A stretch of DNA of 64,000 bases. It comes from the human T2T-CHM13v2.0 reference genome, Homo sapiens. Location: the NCBI RefSeq assembly GCF_009914755.1, contig NC_060926.1; one strand, given 5' to 3'. Numbering within the stretch: the stretch's first letter is position 1; every line of letters starts with the position of its first letter. Below the pieces are notes generated by a model that had not been told where the DNA came from, ran no database searches, and saw only the letters and a list, made by a program, of their open reading frames with translations. The position numbers were made by a program, and so were the translations under genes. Of the stretch, positions 42,747 through 58,422 are shown in pieces.

Positions 42747-43300
42747 TTGTGCTGTAATGGAAAAAAGCTTTTTAACTAAAAGCCAGGAGACCTGGGTTCT
42801 AATAGCCCGGCTTCTGCCTCGCTGTGAGACAGTGGGCAAGTCACTTAACCTGCCTGCGTCTCAGTGCCTTCATCTCTAAAATGGGGATAGCGGCCCCGTC
42901 CTTGCACACTTGGGGTTCTTATAAAGATTAAAAGCAGTGATGGAAGTAGAAGCCTATCATGAATTAGGAGTGCAGTGTATTTGCCATGTTTTTGCCACTG
43001 TAGGGTTTTATCCATGCCTTCTTTAGACATCAGGGAGCCAGGATTGGCTTTAGGGTACCTTTTCAGAGCAGCCCAGTACAGGACTTGTGAGGCTGGGCAC
43101 TCACTCCAACCACCCTAAGTTTAAATACTGGCTCCACTATTTATAAACTGAGTGACCTAGGGCAAACTGCATAACTTCTCTATCTCTCAGTAGCCACATC
43201 TGTAAAGTGGACATAATGATATCTACCTCTTAGGGTTGCTGTGTGGACTAAATGAGTCATAGGGACTAAATATACCTAGTGAGCACTTAATACCATCATC
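42747..43300 (+). mobile_element. Two tandem MIRs (~42747-42955, ~43085-43300)
   Basis: GGGCAAGTCACTTAACC...CATCTCTAAAATGGGGAT and GTGACCTAGGGCAA...CATCTGTAAAGTGG cores. Confidence 0.8.
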
Positions 43301-45142
43301 ATACTTCTTGGTTGTAGGCATATAAGGAGATATTCTTTTATAGAAATAATACTCAGTCGCTATCATGTCCCAAGTCTATCTGGTCCCTGGCTATGTTCAA
43401 GTAGCTCACCCATGAATAAGTTTGAAATAACTGGAGACCAAAATTCAACCATTTTCTGATGTAATACAAAGAATTCAGATAGTATTCAGCTCAGGAGTTA
43501 CCCCCATCCTTCCAAAAGCCAGTGACAGACAGTCAAGACAACAGGCAGAGGCGACTTTGCAGAGCATGAAGCCGACTGAAATGGACCTTCTTAAATTAAG
43601 TTCTAGCACAAAACAAGTTTGTGCAGTTCAAGTCAGAAATGGGATCATCTGGAGCTGCCTAAATAGTTATTAATGACTCTGGACTTAAAACACAAACAGA
43701 TTTTGAAGACAGAGAAACTTGAGAATCCTTTCAATTGGCTTAAAAATCCAAATATAATAAGGTGACCATTTAATGCTTCCACTGTCTCCTGCATACAATT
43801 AGCTCTCAAATTTCCATTTAAATCTCCAACCTGATCTTCTCTACCAAGTTCCAGAGCAACACTCAATTTATGCTAAACAACGATATCAAAAATACACACA
43901 GCAAATATATGACGAGTACCTACTGTGTGCCAGGCAAGCCACACAGAGAACTTGTACCCTGGTGGGACATATAGAAAGATGAACAGAAAATTAGGGTATG
44001 AGCAGGGCCACAGGCTGCTTGGGGCAGCTACATGGGCTGCTCCTATCTGTGGGAAGCAGGGCACTTCCTTCACTTTCTGGAGGGAGTGAGGTGTCAGCTG
44101 ATACAGGAAGGGCAAGTCAATCCGGTGTGTGGAAAGGGTTCTGAGGAGTGTTCAAGCAGAAGGAACTGCCTGTACAGACCCTGCAGCAAGAGAAACCACA
44201 CTAAAGGGACTGGGAACCATGATTAGATTCAAACGTAGAAAATCTCTCTCAAAACTATGCATATTTGAAGGAGGCAAGACTAGAGGTAGGGAGACCAGTT
44301 AGGAGGCTGTGGGGTAACCCAGGCAAGAGATAGTGGATGGCAGTGGTTGAGAATTGGAGAACGGCAGTGGAAATGGAGAAAAGCTCATGAATTCAGGGAT
44401 ATGAAAGAGTTGGAGCCAGTCAGAAGTGGAGGTGGATTGGATGTGGACTGGAAATAGAGATTTGAGAGTCATCATACAAATCATAAAAATAAGCAAGATC
44501 ATCCAGAGAGAGTATACAGTAAGAAGGGAAGAAAGCCAAGGATGGAATCCTGAAGAATGTCAGAGTTTAATTGATGGCAGATGGAATGAAGCAAAGGTGT
44601 GACTAAAGAAGTAGGAAGAAACCAGAAGAGGATAATTCTCTAGAAGCCAAAGCAAGAGAGTGCTTCAAGAAAGCATTCATCATCATCAGTGTCAAAAATC
44701 CAAGGGGAGGGAATGGGAGCTTAAGGAGTGGCTAAGGGGTATAAGTTTTCTTTCTGGACTAATAAAAATGTTCTAAAATTGATTGTGGTGATTAATATCC
44801 AGAATATATACAGAATTCCTACAAATGAACAACAACAAAAGAAAAGTCAAAAATGGGCAAAGGACTTGAATTATTTTTCCAAAGAAGATATACAAATGGC
44901 CAATAAGCACATGAAAAGATACTCAACACCACTAGTCATTAGAAAGATGCAAATCAAAACCACAATGAGATACCACCTCACACCCATTAGCATGGCTACT
45001 ATTTTTAAGGAACAGAAAATAAATATTGGCAAAAATGTAGAAAAATTGAAATCTTTGTGCACTGTTGGTAAGAATGTAAAATAGTGCAGTTTCTGTAGTA
45101 AACAGCATGGCAGTTTTTCAAAAAATTAAAAATAGAATTATT

Positions 45143-45255
45143 GGCCAGGTGTGTTGACTCACACCTGTAATCCCAGCACTTTGGGAGGCCTAGGTGGGAG
45201 GATTGCTCGAGGCCAGGAGTTCAAAACCAGCCTGGAAAACACAGCAAGACATTAT
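45143..45255 (+). mobile_element. Alu left monomer (FLAM-like)
   Basis: GGCCAGGTGTGTTGACTCACACCTGTAATCCCAGC, ends after the left arm. Confidence 0.85.
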
Positions 45256-45256
45256 T

Positions 45257-45311
<55 letters not shown>

Positions 45312-45332
45312 ATTGTGTGTGTATATATACAC

Positions 45333-45368
<36 letters not shown>
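45257..45368. repeat. Compound (TA)n(TG)n...(TA)n(CA)n microsatellite
   Basis: Read directly. Confidence 0.95.
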
Positions 45369-45714
45369 GTGGAATATTATTCAGCCTTAAAAACGAAGGA
45401 AATTCTGACACATGCTATAACATGGATGAACCTTGAGGACATTAGACTAAGTGAAATAAGCCAGTCACGAAAGGACAAATACTGTATAATTCCACTTACA
45501 TGAGGTAACTAGAGTAGTCAAATTCATAGAATCGAAAAGTAGAATAGTGTTTGCCAGGGGCTGGAGAGGAAGGAAAAATGAGCAGTTATTATTTAATGGC
45601 TACAGAGTTTCAACTTTGCAAAATGAAAAGAGTTTTCTGGAGATTGATGGTGGGAATGGTTGCACAACAATGTGAGTGTACTTAATGCCATGGAACTGTA
45701 TACTTCCTGGCTAA

Positions 45715-46046
<332 letters not shown>

Positions 46047-46328
46047 TTACTGCAATTAAAAAATATATAGGCAATAATTGAAGGAAATGGAATGGGATGG
46101 GTGTACAACTCTGTGAATATTTTAAAATGTGAATAAACTCATTGTTCAGTTTAAATGGGTGTATTGCATAGTATGTGAATTATATCTCAATAAATCCATT
46201 TCAAAGAAAACTCAGGGATAGTCAAGTAAAAGAACTGATCAATATTTGTTATGACAGTTACAAAGAGGTTGTTAGTGGCAGTGATAGCAGCGGTTTCAGT
46301 GGAGTGATGCAGAAGGAAGCCAGACAAT

Positions 46329-46374
46329 GGAGGGAGGACTCAGCGGAGAGCGGAGGGAGGACTCAGCGGAGAGC
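46329..46374. repeat. Perfect 23-bp tandem duplication
   Basis: GGAGGGAGGACTCAGCGGAGAGC x2. Confidence 0.95.
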
Positions 46375-46633
46375 AGAGGTCGGGAGAGATGAGCTCACCG
46401 TGCATACACACTGCCAGCATGAAAAATTCTTTCAACAAGTTTGCCTGGGGCAGGGAAGCAAGAGGAGCAGTATCTGGAAAGGACATGTGGTCAATGGAGA
46501 GTTGTTTCTAAGAAGAGAGAAATTTGAGCATCTAAAAGTATCCATAGAAAGAATGATAGACAAAAGTCAATGTTACAGGAGAGTGAGGGGATAATTGATC
46601 ATTCCAGGTTCTGAAGGAGGTAGGTAGAGTTCA

Positions 46634-47309
<676 letters not shown>

Positions 47310-47629
47310 AGATGCAAGGGGCAGGAAAAGAGAAGGAAGAAAGCAGGTCAGTTTGGAGCCAGGAAGCAGGAAACTGAAGGAATTCTGATTTGATCCTTGG
47401 CAAAGTTGAAGATTGAGAGTGAGAAGGAAGATGGTAACACAAGGGGAAATCTGTGGAAAGCTGAGAAGGCTGGAAACACCACCCATGGAGAATGAGAGAG
47501 AGAACTGATAGGAGAAATTAGATATAGTTTGCTGGCAGTGTGGAAGACCTTGGTAAGACTCACAACACGAATCTTACGAACATATAGTACTTCCAGTAGG
47601 TGAGGTCCCTTGTAACCCATCTGTGGGAG

Positions 47630-48330
47630 ATCAAACTCTCCAACTTACCTCTTGAGATGCCTTCTTCTCCAGATTTGGCTGCTTCCTTTACTCAAATCTT
47701 CACCCAAAGTTGTGCTTCTCTGACGACCATGTCTCAGCTGTCTCCGGGCTGTTCTATATCTCCTACTATCACCCTACTTGAGGCCCTTGTCTGTCTGTCT
47801 CTCTCTCTCTGTCTCTCTCTCTCACTTAGTGAAATCCAGACTAACCTTGTGGGAGCATGGTTCCAATCATGTCACCTCTTCACTACCAAAGGATGGCCAG
47901 TCCAGTATCACCAACCCCAGGTTCCCAGCTTGCTACAGTAGGCCATCAACCACACTTCAGAGCCTCACCTGCTCATTCTCCTTCCATACACCCCAATCTT
48001 TAGTCACATTGACTACTCACTGCCTCCCAGATACACTTTGTGTTTTCCTACCTTGGTGCCTCTGCTCATGTTCTTCACTCCCTAGGTAAGAATGCCCTAT
48101 CTGCCAGCCTCCTGAGTGAAATCTCTGCCATTCAAGACCAGCCTCTTCTCAAAACAAATGAGATTTCTTGAACTGGACATAACCTCTCCTTTCCATGGAT
48201 CTTTGCTAATACTTCTCTTATTTCCCTCTCCCCACAGTTCTTTGGTAAACTCACTAGGAGCACAGACAATGCCTTGTACACAGTAGGTCTACAATAAATA
48301 TTTGCTACATTGAGTTACGTTAAATTAATA
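47630..48330 (+). mobile_element. L2 fragment
   Basis: Pyrimidine-rich L2 text ending ACAGTAGGTCTACAATAAATATTTG. Confidence 0.55.
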
Positions 48331-48718
48331 ACATGGGATTTAGGAAGAGAGTCATGTCTAAGTAGGACTTCAAGGAGGCTACTCTTTAGTCAATGTGGCA
48401 ATAATTGATGAGCTCTTGAGCTATATTTCTGGCAAAACAATTCCTTCTTTTTTTAAAGGATATATCACATCACATTTTTTCATTGTGGTAAAATACACAT
48501 AACATAGTAAGTTCATGTGCCACATAACAGTGTTTCAGTCAGGGATAGACCACATATTCAGCCTCGTAAGATTATAATGGAGCTAAAAAAATTCTTATTG
48601 CCTAGCAACTCCTGTTATAATGTCATAGCACAATGCATTATTTTATTCACATGTTTGTGGTGATGCCGGTGTAAACAAGCCTACTGTACACAAGTCGTAT
48701 ACAAGTGTAGCACACACA

Positions 48719-49004
<286 letters not shown>

Positions 49005-49544
49005 GTACAGCAGATACAATTATGTACAGTACTTAATACTTGATAATGATAATGATAAAAACTGACTACGTTACTGGTTTGTGTATTTACTATACTATAC
49101 ATTTAATCATTATTTTAGAGTGTACTCCTACTTGTTAAAAAGGCAGATCCTCCAGGCAGGTCCTTCAGGAGGGATTCCAGAAGAAGGCAGTGTTATCATA
49201 GGAGATGACAGCTATATGTGTGTTGTTGCCCCTGAAAACCTACCAGAGGGACAAGATGTAGAGGAGGAAGACAGTGATATTGATGATCCTGCCCTTGTGT
49301 AGGCCAGGATAATGTGTGTGTGCTTTGTCTTAGTTTTTAACAAAAAATTTTAAAAATAAAAAAATGTTTAAAATAGAGAAATCTTATAGGATAAGGATAT
49401 AAAGAAAAAATCTTTATATACAGCTGTTACAATGTGTTTGTATTTTAAGCTAAGTGTTATTACAAAACAATCAAAGAGTTTTTTTAAATTAAAAAGTTTG
49501 TAAAGTAAAAATGTTACAGTAAGCTAAGGTTAATTTATTGTTGA

Positions 49545-49879
<335 letters not shown>

Positions 49880-51222
49880 GAATGAAGAAAAATTTTAAAA
49901 TAAATTTGGTGTAGCCAAAGTGTATAGTGTTTACACTTTTTGTCCTAGGCCTTCACTTTCATTCATCACTCACTCAGTGACTTACCCAGACAACTAGTCC
50001 TGCAAGCTCCATTCATGGTAAGTGCCCTATAGAGCTGTACTATTTTTTACCTTTTATACCATATTTTGGCTGTACCTTTTCTATGTTTAGATGTGTTTAG
50101 ATACACAAATACTTACCATTGTGTTACAGTTGCCTGCAGTATTCAGTATGATCACATGCTATACACATTTGGAGCCCAGGAGCAACAGGGAGTACCATGT
50201 AGCCTGGGTGTGTAGTAGGCACCACCATCTAAGTCTAAGTACACTCTGTGATGTTCACACAATGACAAAATCACCTAACGACGAATTTCTCAGAATGTGT
50301 CTCCATTATTAAGCAATGCATGACTGTATTTATTATTTTAACCCATTTGTAAATGTATAATTCAGTGCCATTAAATATATTCACAAGGCTGTGCACCCAT
50401 CATCATTATCTATCCCCAAAACTTTCTCATTATCCGCAACATAAACTCTGTACCCACTAAACAGTAACTTCCCTTTCCTCCTTCTCCCCAGCCCCTGGTA
50501 ACCTCTATTCCACTTTCTGTGTCTGTGAATTTGCCTATTCTAGGAATCTCACATAAGTAGAATCATATAATATCTGTTCTTCTGTGTCTGGTTTATTTTA
50601 CTGAGCGTGATGTTTTCATGGTCCATCTATGTTGTATCATACATCAAGATTTTATTCACTTTTATGGCCAAATAGTATTCCATTGTGCATACATACCACA
50701 TTTTGTTTATCCATCTACTGATAGACACAGGTTATTTCCACCTTTTACCTATTGTGAATAACTCTGCTGTGAGCATTGGTGGACAAGTATCTGTTTGAAT
50801 CCCTGCTTTCAATTCTTTGGCTATATACCTAGGAGTGGAATTGCTGGGTCATATGGTAATTCTATGTTTAACTGTTTGAGGATCTGCCACCTGTTTTCTA
50901 CAGCGGCTGCACCATTTTACATTCTCACTGGCAACACACAAGGTTCCAGTTTCTCCACATTCTCACCAATACTTGTTATTTTCTTTTTTGAAAAAACATA
51001 TTATTATAGCCATACTAGTAAGTATGAAATGGTATCTCATTGTGGTTTTGATTTGCATTTCTCTAATGACTAATGATGTTGAGCATCTTTTCATGTGTTT
51101 ATTGGTCATTTGTATTATCTTCTTTGAAAAACTGTCTATTCAAGTTCTTTTGCCCATTTTTGAATTGAATTGTTTGTCTTCTTTATTGTTGAGAGTGTTT
51201 TCTTTTTTAAAAAGCTGTCTAG

Positions 51223-51508
<286 letters not shown>

Positions 51509-51683
51509 AAAGGTGTCTAGGAAATACAAAAATATAAAATATAGAAATAACCTGTGGTCACTGCATGCTTGGTGAGAACCCACGATCCAGTATGGAAATT
51601 TTCTGTAGGCTATTGAGTTCCCAAATATATACATCAATTTTCTCTATATTCTTTTCATTTATCGAAGTGTTGGGATTTTCTTA

Positions 51684-52379
<696 letters not shown>

Positions 52380-52459
52380 GTTCTCTTCCTTCAGAAACAG
52401 AACTGGAGTGGTATAGTGGAGTTGTTTGGAATGGAAATTAAAAAAAAAAAATTCCTGGT

Positions 52460-53112
52460 AGTATGTGGAAGTTGTTTGTGGTAATAGAACAGCTCTGTGT
52501 GTTGATTGTAGTGGTGGTTACACAAACCTATACGTGGAACAAAAGTGCACAGAACTATACACACACATTCCAAGGAGTGCAGGTTTAAAAAATGGTGAAA
52601 ACTGAATAAGGTCTATCTCTAGTTAATAGAAATATGCTAATGTCAACCTCTTGGCTTCGATATTATATTACAGCTATATAAGATGTCACGTTGGACTGGG
52701 CAGGGTGGCTCACGCTGGTAATCCTAGCACTTTGGGAGGCAGAGGTGGGCAGATTACCTGAGCCCAGGAGTTCAAGACCAACTAGGGGCACATAGTGAGA
52801 CCCCGTATGTATAAAAAATTTAAAAATTAGCTGGGCATGGTGACATGTGCCTGTAGCCCCAGCTACTCAGGAGGCTGAGGTGGGAGGATTGCTTGAACCA
52901 GGAGGTTAAGGCTGCAGTGAGCTGTGATCACACCATCACCCTCCAGCCTGGGTAACAGAATGAGACTCTGGTTTAAAAAAAAATTTTTTTTAATTAATAA
53001 AAAATAAAATGCCACCTTTAGGGGAAGCTGGCTGAAGAGTACACAGAATTATGTTACTGTTTTTGCGAATTCTTGAGTCTGAAATTATTTCAAAACACAA
53101 AGTTTTGAAAAA
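52460..53112 (+). mobile_element. L1MD/MC-class 3' UTR containing an AluJ (+, ~52693-53008)
   Basis: GTAGTGGTGGTTACACAAACCTATAC...GGGGAAGCTGGCTGAAGAGTACAC...ATTATTTCAAAA. Confidence 0.8.
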
Positions 53113-53300
53113 AATTAATAAACAGCAACACCCCCGACCAAAGCTGTCTTCCTGAGTATTTTTGCACTACTTGTATGCAAGCTGCGCACCAACAGAGACA
53201 CCAGCCCTGAAGTCGGCCAGCTCACAGCTACAGTCAGTGAAATTCTGAAACCGCATAATGCTAAGCACAGTGTGACTATCAGGAACAAGTGCTGCATTTT

Positions 53301-53629
<329 letters not shown>

Positions 53630-54586
53630 TTAAGCTGCATTTTTTTTCAGAACACTGTCACAACTTCATCCAGAAGTATATTTAGTAAGAAAATTAGCCT
53701 GTGATTACAATTTGTATTTCTAGAAAATCAGCGTTTTCCATATCCTATTAAATACAAGCTAAGCAATTTAAAAAAAAAAAACTGATTTGAAGGGAAGTCA
53801 AATTATTGTCATACTTGGAGCACTTTCATGTCTCTAAACCCAGCTCTACAGGTAAGACTTTCTAAGCAACATGTCTTTAATAAAACAAATTGAATGTGGT
53901 GCAAAGGCAAGTGAGGGTCAAATTGCAGAGAGAGCCCAATTCCTCTTGGCTCTGTCACCCCACCGCTATCTCCTACCTCCTCTTTGCTTGCTGGCTTTCT
54001 CCTTTTCCCACCCCTCTATTTTCCTATTCATCGTGTCATGGAGAAATGCTTGCAAAGGGTCAATTCCACCCAGCATGGTTCCGGTGGAGATATGAATCAC
54101 CATCAGCAGCAACTACAAGAAGTGGCTAAAAATTATAGGATGTGTTTCTTAAAGGGAGTTACAGAAATAGAATATGTCACAACCATCCTGAAGATTCAGA
54201 CTTGATCAACACTTGAAGGGAATGAAGCCCCAACTCCTGGGGCTGTGTCTTTGGTCAAAGGTAACCATTATCCTGGGACGATTTACTCCAGTGTCTCCAC
54301 TGAAAACAGGTTCCTCTCTGTCAGATGGAGAGATGAAATTCTTCCATTTCCAAAGAAGGTAATTATTATGAATACTTTTATCCAACAAAATGATTTTGTG
54401 TCTCACCTCCTGGGTCTGGAAGCTGCACGGGCTGCCTCATGGGGTAGATGTTTCAGCGGGGAGAAACCTCTCACCTGTACTCTGTTGCTTTCAGGCTTGG
54501 TGCTTTGTTTCTTGGGAGCCTTTAATGAAAACAGGTTCATTGGGATTTTAACATAAATAAATTTATTTTCCTTCTGAATAAATTTA

Positions 54587-54789
54587 TCAAGCAATTCTCC
54601 TGCCTCAGCCTCCCAAGTAGCTGGGACTATAGGCACATGCCACCACACCTGGCTAATTTTTGTATTTTTAGTAGAGACAGGGTTTCACCATATTGGTCAG
54701 GCTGGTCTTGAACTCCTAACCTCAGGCAATCCACCCACCTCAGCCTCCCAAACTGCTGGGATTTCAGGTGTGAGCCACTGCACCTGGCT
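54587..54789 (-). mobile_element. 3'-truncated Alu (no tail)
   Basis: Head and linker present; last ~90 bp and poly-A absent. Confidence 0.93.
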
Positions 54790-56016
54790 AGCATTTATTC
54801 TTAAAGGGATAAGAGAGAAACTTTTGAGACTTTCTGGAAAGGCTTAAGTTCAGTTCCGCCATTGTACCTTGGCTTCTCTTTGAGAAGGGAGACTTAAAGC
54901 AGCCACAACCTGATGGCTTCTTAGGTGTAGGTGCCAGGATTCTCTTTGGCTTATGTGCCTTTGGGTATTGCAATTTATCTTCACATCCCCTGACATAGCT
55001 GTCTCATTAGTTGGAACATAGAAGTAACACTCTTTCTTTGTAGGCAGATCTGGCCCAGTCTCAAACTTGGTAGTAGCTTTTGTATCCTGCATGAGGACAT
55101 TGGTGATAAGAAAAGATGCAATTCAGAATGTCATTCGTGCACATTGTAGTTGAAGACAGCTCCAAGTGTCTTGGGTCAACTGTACTCTCTGTGCCTCTCT
55201 TTAGTTTTACAGAAGTTGAACTCTCTGCGTTGGGTTCTCTTTCCCTTTGTTATTTAAGTTACATTTGATTCTTCCTTCCATCTTCATTTTACAACAGCTC
55301 CTTCCCTTGAGTAATCCACCTCACACTTTCTCTTCACTGCATCTTACGCCTCCATCTAAGGAAAGCAGGAACTATGACATGCAGCACTGTTGGTTGTGTT
55401 CTGAAAGGACCCAGTCCTGGAATAGAAATGAGACCTCTCTTATGCTTGATGTTAGAAAGTCATTGTCCCTGGGGCTTTCACCAAGGACCCATGGAACAAG
55501 TGCAGATGACTCTGGCCAGGGCCCCTTCTGTGATACCTTCCATTCTGGTCTGGAAGTCAAAACAACTCAGGAGATTATAAAGACAGCCCAAAATTGGCTT
55601 CTCTGGGTTCAAAGTAAAAATTGAAAAAAGCCCAAATTAAGCAAAACAGTTCTTGCTTTTGGTAGACAGAAGCAGAAAACTTGGATTTGTGCCTCATTCA
55701 AGGAAACTGGCACTCACCTGGCTGAGTCAAATACTAAACATGATCCATCTGCCCACTCCCCAGTCTCCTAGTAGCACTTGTACTTATTCAATAGAAGAAG
55801 AAATTTCAAGGCTTAATTAGTGCAGATGAAGAAGTGTTAACAGTGGTTAATGTACCCAACCAACAGTAAAAATTTTATTAAACATACTTCACACACATGC
55901 AGTTTCTATTACCTACTATAGTTAAGACTACTACCTAGCATTAGTAAGTGTGGGACTGCAGAGGTAGTTCAATAACAGATATTACCTTTATTCTGTTTTT
56001 AGTCAAAGCTGATGAT

Positions 56017-56130
56017 ATTCATTCATTCAACAAATATGCATTGAGGGCCTACCAGGTGCTAGGTACTGTGTTACCTACTGAGAATAAGCACTGAAAAGAT
56101 AGATCCCTGCTGTCCTGGAGTGATACGTGC
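56017..56130 (-). mobile_element. L2 3' end
   Basis: ATTCATTCATTCAACAAATATGCATTGAGGGCCTAC. Confidence 0.75.
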
Positions 56131-56904
56131 TGTTGACCATGAAAACTGGTTAGTACAAGCAAGATAAAAAAAGGAAAAGGTAAATTTTCAAAAGAAAAAC
56201 GCTCACTGCCTTTCAATTTTAAAATAGCCTTCTGAGACCATGGGGTCCAGTGGTCATCCATTCTGTGCAAACAACTGTAACCTCACTCATCTTTTTGAAA
56301 CACTCTTTTTCACTGGTCAGTTGAAGGTCAGGCTTGAAGAGCTTTTTTGGTTTTTTATTTTTCTGGTTGCCTCATTCTGTCTTTTAAACCATGACAGAAA
56401 AGGATTAATAGCCAGGAGAGCAGAGAGCCTGACAACTCAATTCCATCACCCATGAGTCCTTACTGAGCTGCCACCTGGACAGAGCCCAGTGCTAGATGCT
56501 CTTGCTAATAATATGTGGCTGTGTCTTCTCCCTGCAGGACCTTGGCACACACAAGACTTGACAGGAAACTGCTCCAGAGCCCATGGTGGGTGTGGGATTA
56601 GGGCCTGAGATGAGACTTCACGTGTGAATCTTTGTGGGGAGCAAGGAAAAAAGAGGCAAATATGAGTCTAAGGTTAATTACTTTCCAGAGAGTTCACACT
56701 TTGAGCAACATTGTGGAGAAGGGCTGGCTGGTGACCATGTGAAGGTTAATGGCACTATTATATACTCAAAGAGTCTATATTGTTCTATGACAATTAACAG
56801 TAAAGGGATGGACTTCTTTTTAATAATAACATAATTGATCATAACCACTCTTCTGGTGCACAGAGACAGGGCAGTAAAAACGGGGGCATTATTAGAAGAC
56901 ACAA

Positions 56905-56930
56905 ACACACACACACACACACACACACAC
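56905..56930. repeat. (AC)13 microsatellite
   Basis: Read directly. Confidence 0.95.
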
Positions 56931-57034
56931 CCCAAGCACTTTGAAAGGAGACTCACTCCACTATCTTCAGCCTCTCAGATGATCATGGCATCAGTTAAAA
57001 TTGGGAGAGCTTAATTATTCTTCCGGTTATTGGG

Positions 57035-57416
57035 TGATATGGTTTGGCTCTGTGTCCCCACCCAAATCTCATGTTAAATTGTAATTCCCAATGTTGTGGG
57101 AGGGACCTGCTGGGAGGTGATTTGATAATGGGAGTGGATTTCCCCTTTGCTGTTCTCATGATAGTGAGTGAGCTCTCATGAGATCTGGTTATTTGAAAAT
57201 GTGTCACACTGTCCCATTTGCTCCCTCTGTCCTGCTGCCATGTGAAGACATCCTTGCTTCCCCTTCACCTTCCACCATGATTGTAAATTTCCCGAGGCCT
57301 CCCCAGCCATGCTGCCTGTACAGCCCGTAGAACTGTGAGTCAATTAAACCTCTTTTCTTTATAAACTACCCAGTCTCGGGTAGTTCCTTATAGCAATGTG
57401 AGAATGGACTAATGCA
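57035..57416 (+). mobile_element. MSTA-like MaLR solo LTR
   Basis: TGATATGGTTTGGCTCTGTGTCCCCACCC...GGACTAATGCA; perfect TSD TTGGG. Confidence 0.94.
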
Positions 57417-57487
57417 TTGGGTGAAACTCATTTGAAGATACCAAAATGCTAAAGCTTAGCATGGAGAGAGTTTTAAGGTTTCCTTAG

Positions 57488-57800
<313 letters not shown>

Positions 57801-58317
57801 TTAGAGTGAGACTTTTAAGGCAACGTATATTTCTTAATTGGACCCATTGGGAAAAGGTCAACCAGGCACACTTGAAAACTGTGTCTGTCTTACTCTGTCC
57901 CTAGCATGCAGCATGTGCTCTGTGAGTACCTGCTAAATGAAGACTCTTCAAATCCCAGAAAGGTGGGCAAGGCTGCTTCTCCCTCACCCTGGGGGCAAGA
58001 CAAGAGCAGAGACAGGAAACTGACTATTGGTTGAAGCCTCAGTTTTCTTTCCTTTAAAATGAGGCTATTACCCCAGTTTTGAGAATTACAAGGGACAATA
58101 ACTGAAAATTTGTTTAATTATTAAAGGGATTATAGATGTAAGAAATTATTTTTACTAGTTTAAACACCATTTAAATGTTTCACCTTATTAAGGGTAAGAG
58201 TACAATGCTTTAAAAGGAGATGTTCTCAGTCTGGAATATTTGTATTATACAAGTGACTCTTAGTTCACCCAGGTCGTGTAAATGGGGTTTATGGAGAAAA
58301 GTGCAGAAGAGTTTTCA

Positions 58318-58422
58318 GTGTCACTATTGATTTCAGTTTGCCCAGGACTAAGAAGTTTCCCTGAGTGTTTTCAGTGCTAAAGCCAGAACAGACATGGAAA
58401 AACCAGGATGAGTTGTTCACCT
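58318..58422. mobile_element. MER94-like hAT-Blackjack element
   Basis: CAGTTTGCCCAGGACT...TTTCAGTGCTAAA...GGATGAGTTGTTCACC. Confidence 0.6.

Noticed and set aside
49081-49302. Acidic 73-aa ORF
   Set aside because: Internal Tigger3 sequence, not a host gene.
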